Positions 39,151 through 51,400 of a DNA stretch of 64,000 nucleotides are shown here, piece by piece (the first letter of the stretch is position 1; every line of letters begins with the position of its first letter). This stretch comes from Eledone cirrhosa (Eukaryota): positions 295,244,001 through 295,308,000 of the forward strand of contig OZ024742.1 in the NCBI GenBank assembly GCA_964016885.1, read 5' to 3'. Below the pieces are notes generated by a model. It did not search any database. It worked only from the letters and a program-made list of their open reading frames with translations, and was not told where the DNA came from. A program made the translations under genes and the position numbers.

Positions 39151-39291
39151 GGATTGATATGGGGGTGCCTCTTCTCTGACTGCAGCGTTATATTGGGATT
39201 GTTCAAAGACTGGATCATTATCATTAACATCTTCCACAGATACTATAGCAGAACATGTTCCATTTAGCTGAGGATCGCCTCCATCTTGAAC
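39151..39291 (-). CDS. Cadherin EC exon: VQDGGDPQLNGTCSAIVSVEDVNDNDPVFEQSQYNAAVREEAPPYQS
   Basis: DGGxP and DVNDNxP motifs; AG/GTAAG; 141 nt, phase 0/0. Confidence 0.95.
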
Positions 39292-40636
39292 CTTGAAAAA
39301 TAGATAAACATTGAATGTTAAATATATAATGAAATTATGATATCGAATGTTAATGTTAACATGATTTGAATTTATGTATATGTATGTTTAACAGGGTGCT
39401 GAAAAGTTCCTGGCTTAAGGGTATCGCAAAAGAGTAGAGCTGTCACCTTTACAGGGGTGACAGTACCTGGAATGGGCTCCTATCTAATGTTATGGAAGTC
39501 CCTTCCACAAATTTGAAATTCCAGGTTAGTATTTAGACCATGATGTGAAAGGAAAAGAAATTGAGCACCAGGTTAGCAATCTTGCTTCTTGTAATCAAAA
39601 TGGCTACAGAAACGTTAAAAAACATCGCTCAGTACTATATATAGGGAGCAAAAGGAACCCCAAAAGACACAAATTGGTGAGAACTTGAGACAGTTTACCA
39701 TGGTGCTTCATGTTGTTTTCTTTTGTGATGCCAACATTTTACTGTCATATCAATATTGAATGATAAAACTATTTCACTGAGTTATCATTCTGCCTAGTAA
39801 ATGTGAGATTGCTTGTATGATTATTAATATCTTTGCTGGACCTGATTGTTACATCCTAATAACATAACATGTAACTAAAAATATTTAATATAAAGGGTCA
39901 TAACTATATACCACAAGGAGAACTAATCCAACACTATATTGTTTTTGTTTTGTTACCTCAACATTCTGCTGTAGTTGTTACCAAACTTATATTGTTGCGG
40001 AACACATATAATTTTTCTGAATATCGTGGAACCCAAACCTACACTTTATGGACAATCCTCTCCACCATAATTGTAATAAGATATTAATTAAAGCAAAAAT
40101 CAGTTTACGAAGACAATAAATTAATTCAACTCTTTTGATGCCAAACCTCTTGAACCCACCCCTTGATCTACAATAGAAAACTGTTTATTTTATAATATTG
40201 ATAATTATATTGATCTAAAAACCTTCCAACATGATTTTATGAAAGAACTCTTGTTATGTTATGTTCCAATCACCAGCTTAATACTGAGAAAGTAGTTATG
40301 TTACTAAATTCTTTCAAATTATTTGAAAATTACAAGCAGTGCCTTTCATTAGAAATATGGTAGTGAAAGGATAAAAAAAAGGCACCATAATTTAAAATCT
40401 AAATTTCATTAAAAGGCACTTTATCTTGGTGTACTTCAGGATATTAACATGGAATCGTGGGGTTTCTTGAAACCTACTTTAGGAAACCTTGCTCTACAGC
40501 TCAGCTCTACAGGTCTGCTCTACAGTTCAGCTAAAAACAAATTTTATTTCAATATGTGTCTGTTGAATTTTCTTTATATATGTTCCCACAAGAAATTCAA
40601 GTAACCCTAACCCCCACCCAAGAAATAAAGACTTAC

Positions 40637-40728
40637 CAAAATGGTCAAGTTGTAGATATTCACATTTTCTCGGTCAAGAATCTCATTCAATGTTAGGTCA
40701 CCACTGTTTGTAATCTTAAAAGTATTTC
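40637..40728 (-). CDS. Cadherin EC exon: (G)NTFKITNSGDLTLNEILDRENVNIYNLTIL
   Basis: LDRE and YNLTI motifs; AG/GTAAG; phase 1/0. Confidence 0.94.
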
Positions 40729-40911
40729 CTGGATAAAAAAAAAAAAATATTTAAAATATTGAAGTCCTTTGGTCAATTCTCTTTTATTTTTATTTTCAGT
40801 TTTATCTTTTTTAAACGATAATTTTTCTAGGTTGTCTCCATTGATGATTATAAAAACCAGAATTAGCCATTTAGTTTACATATTGAGACTGCAGCTCAAA
40901 TAAAATGCATT

Positions 40912-41304
40912 TATTCCCAAGAGTCCTCTTATCCCTTCCTCTAGCAAACTGCCATTCAAATTCTCAAGACTTCAGTTCCCTGTTAAAGCCAGTTTTGCTA
41001 TGACCATAAATAAAGCTCAGGCTCAGAGTTTCAAAGTTGTAGGATTGAATACAAGAGAATCCCTTTTTACCCATAGTCAGTTATATGTAGGTTGTTCACA
41101 AGTGGGAACACCTAGAAATCTTCATATACTATGTACAAATGGTAAAACAAAGAATCTGGTGTATCTGGAAGAATTTTTACTGTTTTTTTTTGTCACATAC
41201 ACACCACGGTCTTGCCTCATACTGAAAACAAGATAACTCACTTTTTTTCTACCTGTCTTCTCTTATCATCTATTTACCTGGGCAAAGCTGGGTACATCAG
41301 CTAG
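40912..41304 (+). mobile_element. 3' end of an autonomous-type Helitron (Pif1-like helicase C-terminus + terminator)
   Basis: RLQFPVKASFAMTINKAQAQS..VVGL...FTHSQLYVGCS resembles Helitron helicase motifs V-VI; ends in cctgggcaaagctgggt hairpin + CTAG|T. Confidence 0.82.
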
Positions 41305-41424
41305 TATGATATATAATGAGAATAATCATCATCACCTAATTGATTTTGTTCAGATTTGTTTAACTTTCTCATGCCACCTATCACGATCCTGCTTTGTGTT
41401 CAGGAGGCCAATAGATCTGGTTGA

Positions 41425-42141
41425 TGAAGGTTTTAGTAGACAGCCAACCTGTTATGATGTCTATAGGAATATATACATATGTGTTCTTGCTTAGCTCTCC
41501 AGCAATGTCCTACAAATGAAGGTTTTAGTGGACAGCCAACATTTGTACATCCATGTTATGATGTCTATAGGAATATATACATATGTGTTCTTGCTTAGCT
41601 CTCCAGCAATGTCCTACAAATGAAGGTTTTAGTGGACAGCCAACATTTGTACATCCATGTTATGATGTCTATAGGAATATATACATATGTGTTCTTGCTT
41701 AGCTCTCCAGCAATGTCCTACAAATGAAGGTTTTAGTGGACAGCCAACATTTGTACATCCATGTTATGATGTCTATAGGAATATATGCATATGTGTTCTT
41801 GCTTAGCTCTCCAGCAATGTCCTACAAATGAAGGTTTTAGTGGACAGCCAACATTTGTACATCCATGTTATGATGTCTATAGGAATATATACATATGTGT
41901 TCTTGCTTAGCTCTCCAGCATTGTCCTACAAATGAAGGTTTTAGTGGACAGCCAACATTTGTACATCCATGTTATGATGTCTATAGGAATATATACATAT
42001 GTGTTCTTGCTTAGCTCTCCAGCATTGTCCTACAAATGCAGGTTTTAGTGGACAGCCAACATTTGTACATCCATGTTATGATGTCTATAGGAATATATAC
42101 ATATGTGTTCTTGCTTAGCTCTCCAGCAATGTCCTACAAAT
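41425..42141. repeat. 104-bp tandem repeat, 6 near-perfect copies + 1 shorter copy
   Basis: Unit starts at 41517, 41621, 41725, 41829, 41933 and 42037. Confidence 0.95.
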
Positions 42142-42418
42142 GACATCATTGTTTGCGATAAGGTTGCTGTACAGTCTTTGTTTGATCAGATGATCTTTCC
42201 AGGACACATTCATGAATAATAACGGTTTCGAATTTTAGAACAAAACCAACAATCTGAGGGAGGGGAAAAAAATCAATTAATTGACTCCAGCAATGGACTG
42301 GTATTTTATTTTATAGATCCCAGAAAGAAGAAAGGCATAGTTGACTTTGATGGGATTTGAACTCAGAATATAAAGACTTGGAACAAATAGAGCAAGCATA
42401 CTGTTCAATGCTCTAGCC

Positions 42419-42628
42419 CAGTGGTTCCCAAAGTGGGTTCTGTGGAACCCAAGGGCTCCACAAAGGCGTGTCTGGGATTCTGTGAATAAAAGTAGAGGAG
42501 TATATTTATATTATGACCATAGGAGTATATTTATATTATGACCATATAACAGTATTAGACTTTGGAGTTACTCCAAAAGTTTTGGAACCAAAAATGGTTC
42601 CATGTTTGAAAGAGTTTGGGAAAGTCAG
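42419..42628. mobile_element. hAT MITE, same family as 2139-2296 in opposite orientation
   Basis: CAGTGGTTCCCAAAGTGGG terminus; internal homology. Confidence 0.75.
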
Positions 42629-42771
42629 CTCAAGTCATTCTGAATAATATAACATGATATAAAAATAGTTCCTGATTTAGGTGCAAAGCCAACAATTTTT
42701 TGGGAGTGAAAGTCACTTAAATCAACCCCAATGCATTACTAGTACTTTAATTTATTGACTCCATAACTTAC

Positions 42772-42949
42772 CGACATTGCCTCCGATGATACTAAATTTC
42801 AATCTGGCATTTCTTCCACTGTCTTCATCTGTGGCATGAATTCTTCCAACAATGGAACCCAAGAAGGAATCTTCAACATGTGTAAATTTATACAGTGGAA
42901 ATGTGCATCTGGGTGCATTATCATTGGCATCAGTGATGTTCACAACAAT
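42772..42949 (-). CDS. Cadherin EC exon: IVVNITDANDNAPRCTFPLYKFTHVEDSFLGSIVGRIHATDEDSGRNARLKFSIIGGNV
   Basis: DANDNAP and ATDEDSGxN motifs; AG/GTAAG; phase 0/1. Confidence 0.95.
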
Positions 42950-42999
42950 CTACAATGAGATAGAATGCACTTAGATAACGACATATATATATATATATA

Positions 43000-43794
43000 C
43001 CGTGTTTCCCCGATTATAAGCCATGGCTTATATTAATTTTTACTCCAAAATGTACCACTACGGCTTATTTTTGAGGGAGGGGGTTCATATACCGAAAAAA
43101 CAACACTATGAAACTGAAAATTACAAATTCACTAAATGATTGGAAATTACGAAAAAGCAATCAGCATTTACGCAATGTTTACTTGAAAGATCAAATTTAT
43201 TAAAAACTAGCAGTGGTACCCGGCGTTGAACGGGATAAGGTATTTTGGAACGTGGGCCGCCAACAGACCTAATCGGGGAAAAACTGCATGCCTGGACAAT
43301 ATGTAAAGAAAATAAACCCAATACTCTGATGGCTGGATAATCTTTAAGATTTTCCTCGATGAAGCAGGAAAAATACAAGTTTTCAATTAATGCGGGCCCT
43401 AGGGGATCAAGAAAATGAATTTCTTTTATGTGCATAATATGTCTTGAAATTTTGGGAAAATCGGCTAGACTTAACGCCTCAAAAAAGCCTTTAAAAAGCT
43501 GAAAAAAAATGAAGTTTTTTTACCTAATGCGGCCCTAGGCCATAAAAAAGTTGGATTTTCTTTGCTCGCGTTATGAAGAAGAGACTGTCTAATACATAGT
43601 TACAATTTCAAGGAAATCGGTCTGACATAACGCCTAAAAAAAACCCTAAAAAGCTGAAAAAAACGCAGTTTTCCACCTAATGTGGGCCTAAGGCCATAAT
43701 AAAGCTGAATTTTTTTATGTGCATAACACTCGCTGAAACATAAGCAATACACATGTAAAGTTTGAAAAAAATCGGTTGGGTACTTCTCGGGTTT

Positions 43795-43832
<38 letters not shown>

Positions 43833-45887
43833 AACAAACAAACAAACTAAAAAAAAATCTATCTGTGAATGCAGAAGTAAATATTTCGAAACACGTTGCA
43901 ACCGAAGGAAGACAGGAAGACGATACTTTGGTTCGTGAAGACGTACCCTGGCAATGAATGGGAAATAGCGAACATAATATGTCATCAATGTTTGTCAGAA
44001 TGTCGTAATGCAGACAGCCAGGCATACAGACAGATATTATAAGAGCGCTATGGAGATGGATAACCGGCGCCTAACACCCCTTTAACAACAGGAAATTGAA
44101 AAATAAAAGTTGCAGTTAATATCTTTAGACTACAAGGAATATATAAATGCAAGTTTGAAGTCAATCGGAGTAGAAATGTGGATTTGTATAGACTTTGCAA
44201 AAATGAGGACACACACACAGACAACAACAGTTTTATATATATAGATTAATACACCCTTTAATTCAAAAACTTACGAGCAAAATAATCCACTAATTTATTA
44301 AAAAATAATCATGTCATCCTGCTCTGGAATGTCATTGTTTTCCAAATCAGTGGATTCAATGATTCCTGTGATATTTCCTTGTGACTCAATTGCCTGCAGA
44401 ATTGTCGTCCTTAGTCTTTCATGTTGAGCGATAGAGGTTGAATTGAATGGAGAGTTCTTATCCAGATAGCCTGCTTGTAGTGCATTCATGACACAGCTAT
44501 CTGTGCTTTTGTTCCATTAAATTTCCCCGCTCATTTCTCGCCATTCTGTTTTCGATGTAGTCATTTATTTCCATGCGCAGATGGTCCTCGAATGGTTTAT
44601 TCAGTGTGATGTCAAGAGTTTGGAGATAGGGGGTCATTCCTGCGGGAATCATGATTTGATCGATTCTTCTTTCTGCAAGTTCTTGGTGCGTGCTGGCTGA
44701 ATCCCAGACTATGAGACCTCTTTGGGTTCCACGCAAAATTAATGGCAGCATGAAATCAACCCACTTCCTTAAAACTGCCTGTGTGCACCACGCCTTTTCA
44801 GTTTCCAGAACACAGATACCTGAAACGCGTTCAATTTTGTCTTTCTTGCCTTTAGTGATGATAAGAGGTGGGGGCTTTGCTTCTGTCGAGACGAATTGCC
44901 AAGATACACGTAACTCGTTCACTTTCGTAACCAGTGGATGGAATGTAAATTGATGACACACCTCTTTGATCAATTGTAGATTGAGAGCTTTGAACCATGA
45001 ATACTGCTGTTTCATCCATAGCAACCATGTTGGAGAGACGGTAGTTAGAAAAGTCTATTCCATCAACAAAAGACTTAAATGCGAGTGCCCGTTTAATAAT
45101 CTCAGTATCGTCCAGTTTGAACAGTGTTGTCGATCTTCTCAGAAATTATCCAGCCAGTGTTTGGATGCTTTAAATTCTTCTGGAACTATACCAAACTCTA
45201 GTGCATTTGTAAGGGCAAATGTTTGAATATAAGCCCTGTGAACAACCAAAGCTCTGGCACTTCTTTCAGCAATACATTTACAGATGGCGTCTTCTAGCTC
45301 AAGAAATATCGGTTGTCGACCAGATCCACGTTTACGTTTCTTTGCATTTTCCTCGTCCATGTCCTGACTGAGTTTATCGCAGTCCATTCTCCATCTTGAA
45401 CCATTCAGAGATCCAGATTCTTTTCTTTGCAGAAAATAGTAAGATTCTTGCCCAGTGATTCCTCCACAATTCCTTTCTTGTACTCGACTGTATAACTCTT
45501 CCTTCCTTTCATCTTATCTAGGGCTGAAAATGATCTTCTCCCCTGAAGTTACTGATAAGCCATTACTTCCGGTTTGTAACCGTATTTGCATAAACAATAT
45601 TGATTGCACGCATTTCCTCCTTTCCTTTCATTAATTTCATTATTGATTTTTTCACATCTGCACATTCCACAAAATTCTTATACACCCGCTTATCAGTTAG
45701 TTTTACATTAAGATACAATCCTGTTCTATAATGGCTGATTGCGCCAATTTTCATAGCTGGCCATTTCTTTCTTTTGGCGTTCATATTTGCTACAGCTTAT
45801 TTTTGGGGCATGGCTTATATTAAATCCATCCTGAAATATAGTGCTACGGCTGATTTTCGGGGGTGGCTTATAATGGGGGAAACACGG
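43000..45887 (-). mobile_element. pogo/Tigger (Tc1/mariner superfamily) DNA transposon with frameshifted transposase
   Basis: TIRs CCGTGTTTCCCC(G/C)ATTATAAGCCA with TA TSD; CENP-B HTH (GSGRQP...FKASKHWLDNF); DDD motifs MDET, WDSA, TLDI at about 44300-45510. Confidence 0.92.
43207..44245 (-). mobile_element. Non-autonomous Helitron nested inside the pogo element
   Basis: A|TCTATATATATAAAAC...CCCGTTCAACGCCGGGTACCACTGCTAG|T: 5' TC, 3' hairpin + CTAG, AT target, no TSD. Confidence 0.85.
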
Positions 45888-46010
45888 TATATATAAATAC
45901 ATCTTAATACTCACCCATCTCCCCTCTTGTTCTACTATATGACTATATATATGGAAGAACGGACGTAAAACGGTGATGAGGATGATATATATATATATAT
46001 ATAAATATAT

Positions 46011-47358
46011 AACGCTCATAGCTGAATCAATGACCGAACTAGAGAAGAAATTCCAAACATGGAAGCACGGCCTAGAATCAAAAGGCCTTAAAATTAACCT
46101 GGCTAAGACTAAAGTTCTAGTTTGTAGGAAAGAAAATAAGGCGGCAGTCCCATCTGGGAAATGGCCATGCTCAGTGTGTAGGAAAGGCGTAGGTAGAAAC
46201 TCCATTTTATGTCCCAAATGCAAAGTATGGGTGCATAAAAGATGTAGTGGGATCACAGGTAAGCTAACTAAGAACATAGATTTTACATGTGGCCGGTGCT
46301 CTGGTGCAATAAGTAGCAGCAAGTGCCCACAAAATACTAGCTCCTTCAACTGCGCAGAGGGTTCTATAGAAATAGTGGACAGCTTCCGTTACCTGGGTGA
46401 CAAAATCAGCAGTGGGGGAGGGTGCTCTGAAAGTACAGTAGCTAGAGTCAGAACTGGATGGAAAAAGTTCAGAGAGCTTATACCACTATTAGCCGCTAAA
46501 GGGTTCTCCCTAAAAATGAAAGGCAGGTTATACGATGCCTGCATACGAACAGCAATGCTGCATGGCAGTGAGACCTGGGCATTGTGTGCAGAGGATATAC
46601 GCAGACTAGAGAGGAACGAAGCTTGCATGCTCCGCTGGATGTGCAATAGTAATATACGTGAACGGCAAAGCATAAACGAACTAAGGAAAAAATTAGAAAT
46701 AAGAGGGATCAGATGTTGTTTACTCGAGAGAAGGCTACGTTGGTACGGTCACGTGATGCGCATGAAAGACGACAGCTGTATAACAAAGTGCAGGGCAATA
46801 AAGATAGACGGTAGCCACGGAGTAGGCAGACCCAGAAAAACATGGGACGAGCTGATAAATTCCGACCTCACACGCTTACACCTCTCCAAGACAATGTCAC
46901 TGGACCGAGACCTTTGGCGGTACTCAGTAATAGAGAAGACCCGCCTTACCTAAATACAAAGTAAAAACCTACTACAGTCAGTAGGCATCTCTATCAAACC
47001 CCCCCCCCCCCCCCCGTCCCACCACCTCCACCCCATCCACACCGCCCCTTTCAATGCAAAGTTATGTTGGTCCCACAACATCCAGGCCGAAACAAATGAG
47101 ATCGTGTAGGTGTCACGACAAAAAAACACACAGTCCACGCTGTAAATGTGGCCATGTAGGCAACACGGTAAAAACCTCCCAGCCCCACACTGTAAATGTG
47201 GTTGGTGTTAGGAAGGGCATCCAACTGTAGAAAACCCGCCAGACAGTCCTATGCGAGCAAGACAACCACTCTTGCCTCAAGTGGGAAAACCCCCGTCCAA
47301 ACCCATGCAAGCGTGGAACACGGACGCTAAACCTGATGATGATGATGATGATGATGAT
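46011..47358 (+). mobile_element. 5'-truncated copy of the same RTE family (RT C-terminal half + 3' UTR + (GAT)n)
   Basis: ORF 45973-46953 nearly identical to the 48907 ORF C-terminus, with intact end ...EKTRLT*. Confidence 0.93.
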
Positions 47359-47439
47359 AAACAATGTACGAAGCTGAATTTTTGGTTTTTAAGTGCTGAG
47401 AATATATATATATAAGTATAAAGAATGATGTGCTCAAGC

Positions 47440-47599
47440 GTAGAAATGCTATAAAGATAGCTTATAAAATAAGATGAAGCTCTTTAAAAGACAGAGGAAG
47501 ATATGGTGTTCATTGCTTCATAGTGCCCGATGGCAACTTTTTTTCCATCTTTTAATGGTCTTCACCTTATTTTATAAGTTATCTTTATAGCATTTCTGC
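47440..47599. repeat. Approximately 160-bp foldback/MITE with about 40-bp terminal inverted repeats
   Basis: gtagaaatgctataaagatagcttataaaataag / cttattttataagttatctttatagcatttctgc. Confidence 0.78.
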
Positions 47600-48265
47600 A
47601 TAAACGAACTAAGGAAAAAATTAGAAATAAGAGGGATCAGATGTTGTTTACTCGAGAGAAGGCTACGTTGGTATGGTCATGTGATGCGCATGAAAGACGA
47701 CAGCTGTATAACAAAGTGCAGGGCAATAAAGATAGACGGTAGCTACGGAGTAGGCAGACCCAGAAAAACCTGGGACGAGCTGATAAATTCCGACCTCACA
47801 CACTTACACCTCTCCAAGACAATGTCACTGGACTGAGACCTCTGGCGGTACTCACTAATAGAGAAGACCCCGCCTTACCTAAATACAAAGTAAAACCTAT
47901 TACAGTCAATAGGCATCTCTAACAGTACCCCCCCCCCCCCCCCCCCATCCACACCGCCCCTTTCAATGTAAAGTTATGTTGGTGCCACAACATCCAGGCC
48001 GAAACAAATGAGATCGTATAGGTGTCACGACAAAAAAACACAGTCCACGCTGTAATGTGGCCGTGTAGGCAACACGGTAAAAACCTCCCAGACCCACACT
48101 GTAAATGTGGTTGGTGTTAGGAAGGGCATCCAGCTGTAGAAAACCCGCCAGACAGTCCTATGCGAGCAAGACAATCACTCTTGCCTCAAGTGGAAAAACT
48201 CCCGTCCAAACCCATGCAAGCGTGGAACACGGACGTTAAACGATGATGATGATGATGATGATGAT
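47598..48265 (+). mobile_element. Short 5'-truncated copy of the same RTE family
   Basis: Matches 46669-47358 by eye; (GAT)n tail. Confidence 0.92.
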
Positions 48266-48487
48266 ATATATTTGAAAAAGGTAAACAATGTTAACTTGTA
48301 GTTAGTATTCTATAACAATTTAATTTTATAATTTTGCTATGTAGATCTAATATGTCCTTTGTTAACTTTGGTGGAAAGCTTTTTTTTAAAATCCTGATTA
48401 ACTTTCTGGGGAACTTTCTTGCAATTGTCGGTGGTGATTGTCAAACTGATCTAAAGTTATAATGTGTTGGTGTATATATGTATATGT

Positions 48488-51400
48488 ATCATCATCATCA
48501 TCATCAACGTTTAACGTCCGTGTTCCACGCTTGCATGGGTTTGGACGGGGGTAGTCCCACTTGAGGCAAGAGTGATTGTCTTGCTCGCATAGGACTGTCT
48601 GGCAGGTTTTCTACAGTTGGATGCCCTTCCTAAAACCAACCACATTTACAGTGTGGGTCTGGGAGGTTTTTACCGTGTTGCCTACACGGCCACATTACAG
48701 CGTGGACTGTGTGTTTTTTTGTCGTGACACCTACACGATCTCATTTGTTTCGGCCTGGATGGCGCGGCACCAACATAACTTTACATAGAACGGAGTGGTT
48801 TGGATGGGGTGGGGGTGGTGGTGGTGGGACGGGGTGTATTTTGTTAGAGATGCCTACTGGCTGGAGTAGGTTTTACTATATATTTAGGTAAGGCGGGTCT
48901 TCTCTGTTACTGAGTACCGCCAAAGGTCTCGGTCCAGTGACATTGTCTTGGAGAGGTGTAAGCGTGTGTGAGGTCGGAGTTTATCAGCTCGTCCCAGGTT
49001 TTTCTAGGTCTGCCTATTCCGTGGCTACCGTCTATCTTTATTTCCCTGCACTTTGTTATACAGCTATCGACTTTCATGCGCATCACGTGTCCATACCAAC
49101 GTAGCCTTCTCTCGAGTAAACAACATCTGATCCCTCTTATCTTTAATTTTTTCCTTAGTTCGTTTATGCTTTGCCGTTCACGTATATTACTGTTACACAT
49201 CCAGCGGAGCATGCAAGCTTCGTTCCTCTCTAGTCTGCGTATATCCTCTGCACACAATGCCCAGGTCTCACTGCCATGCAACATTGCTGTTCGTATGCAG
49301 GCATCGTACAACCTGCCTTTCATTTTTAGGGAGAACCCTTTAGCGGCTAATAGTGGTATAAGCTCTCTGAACTTTTTCCAACCAGTTCTGACTCTAGCTA
49401 CAGTACTTTCAGAGCACCCTCCCCCACTGCTGATTTTATCGCCCAGGTAACGGAAGCTGTCCACTATTTCTATAGAACCCTCTGCGCAGTTGAAGGAGCT
49501 AGTATTTTGTGGGCACTTGCTGCTACTTATTGCACCAGAGCACCGGCCACATGTAAAATCTATGTTCTTAGTTAGCTTACCTGTGATCCCACTACATCTT
49601 TTATGCACCCATACTTTGCATTTGGGACATAAAATGGAGTTTCTACCTACGCCTTTCCTACACACTGAGCATGGCCATTTCCCAGAAGGGACCGCCGCCT
49701 TGTTTTCTTTCCTACAAACTAGAACTTTGGTCTTAGCCAGGTTAATTTTAAGTCCTTTTGACTCTAGGCCGTGCTTCCATGTTTGGAATTTCTTCTCTAG
49801 CTCGGCCATTGATTCCGCTATGAGTGTCAGGTCGTCTGCGTATAGGAGTTCCCATGGGCAGCCTGTCTTGAACTCCTCTGTTATAGCCTGAAGGGCAATA
49901 ATAAATAGTAGGGGGCTGAGAACAGAGCCCTGATGGACGCCAACTTTTACGCTAAACTCTTCACTATATTCGTTGTTAATTCTAACCTTGCTGACTGTTT
50001 CTTTATACATGGCTTGTATAGCCCTCACAAGCCATTCGTCAACGCCTAGTTTTCTAAGAGCCCACCAGATAATGGAGCGGGGGACTCTGTCGAAGGCTTT
50101 CTCCAAGTCGACAAAAGCTAAGTAGAGGGGTTTACCTTTAGCTAGGTACTTCTCCTGTAGTTGTCGTACTATGAAAAGAGCGTCTGTGGTACTTTTGCCT
50201 GACACAAACCCGAACTGCATTTCATCTAGGTCAATTCTCTCTCTGATTAGTTGCGCTATTACTTTTTCCGTGACCTTCATGACCTGGTCGATTAATTTAA
50301 TGCCTCTATAGTTACTCCTATCTAGGGCGTCTCCTTTACCCTTATAACAGTTAACGATGATGCTGCTATGCCAGTCCTTCGGAACAACCCCATTCTGTAT
50401 GACTTGGTTAACTATGCGGGTGACCATGGTGTGTCCCACCGTGCCAGATGCCTTCAGCATCTCAGCAACTATTTCCGAAGGCCCAGCCGCCTTACCCGTC
50501 TTCATATCCTTGATTGCCTTACTTATTATACTCCCCTCGACTAACACTGCTGGTCCCTCTATTGGGTCGATATGGGGGAGACTGTCTTTCTCCCATTTAT
50601 TCTCCTCATTTAGTAGCCTTTCATAGTGACACTTCCAAGCTACCTTCTTATCAGCGTCGGTGATGGCAAGTATGCCATCATCGTTAAGTACACACTTCTC
50701 CCCGACAATATCACGGTTTTCCTTGACGCTTTGCCTAGCAATCCTGAACACCTCACGTTTTTGGTCATCGCGTTGTAGAACATGCTTGAACTTTCTTTCC
50801 TCAGCTTCCCTTCTTGCTAAGTACACTTCTCTCCTAGCTTCCCTCCTGGCCACTTGATAGTCTACTCTACTTCCCCCATCCCGCCATACTTTCCAAGCCT
50901 GCTTTTTGGCCTTAATTGACCCCTTCACCTTACTGTTCCACCACCATGTTACTCTCCTCCTGCCTACAAGCCTGCTCCAGCCACAGACTTCGTCTGTCGC
51001 CAACAGCAGGTTTGCTTTCAGAAATTCCCACTGTCCCTCTATATTGTCCGACTCTAAATGTTCTTCCTTACTGTCGAAAGCATCAAGTAATATGCTTTGA
51101 AATTTATTTCTGGCTGTGGGGTCCTTTAGCTTCCATATTTTTCTCCTGAGGATAGTCCTCTTCTGCTGTCGAGTACGTCTCGTCCTGACTATGAGGTCGC
51201 TAATTATCAGTCTATGTTGGGAGGTGTATTCTTCATGGGGGAGGGATTTAGTGTTTACAACAGACACTCTGTCACGTCTTCTGGTAAGGATATAATCTAC
51301 ATGGCTTGTGTGTTCCCCGGATCTATAGGTGATCAGGTGATTGTCACGTTTTTTGAAGTTAGTGTTACAGATAGTTAGGTTATTTGCATCACAGAATTCC

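Noticed and set aside
41425-42141. Regularly spaced repeats resembling a CRISPR array
   Set aside because: Units are identical end to end with no unique spacers, there are no cas genes, and the context is a eukaryotic intron.
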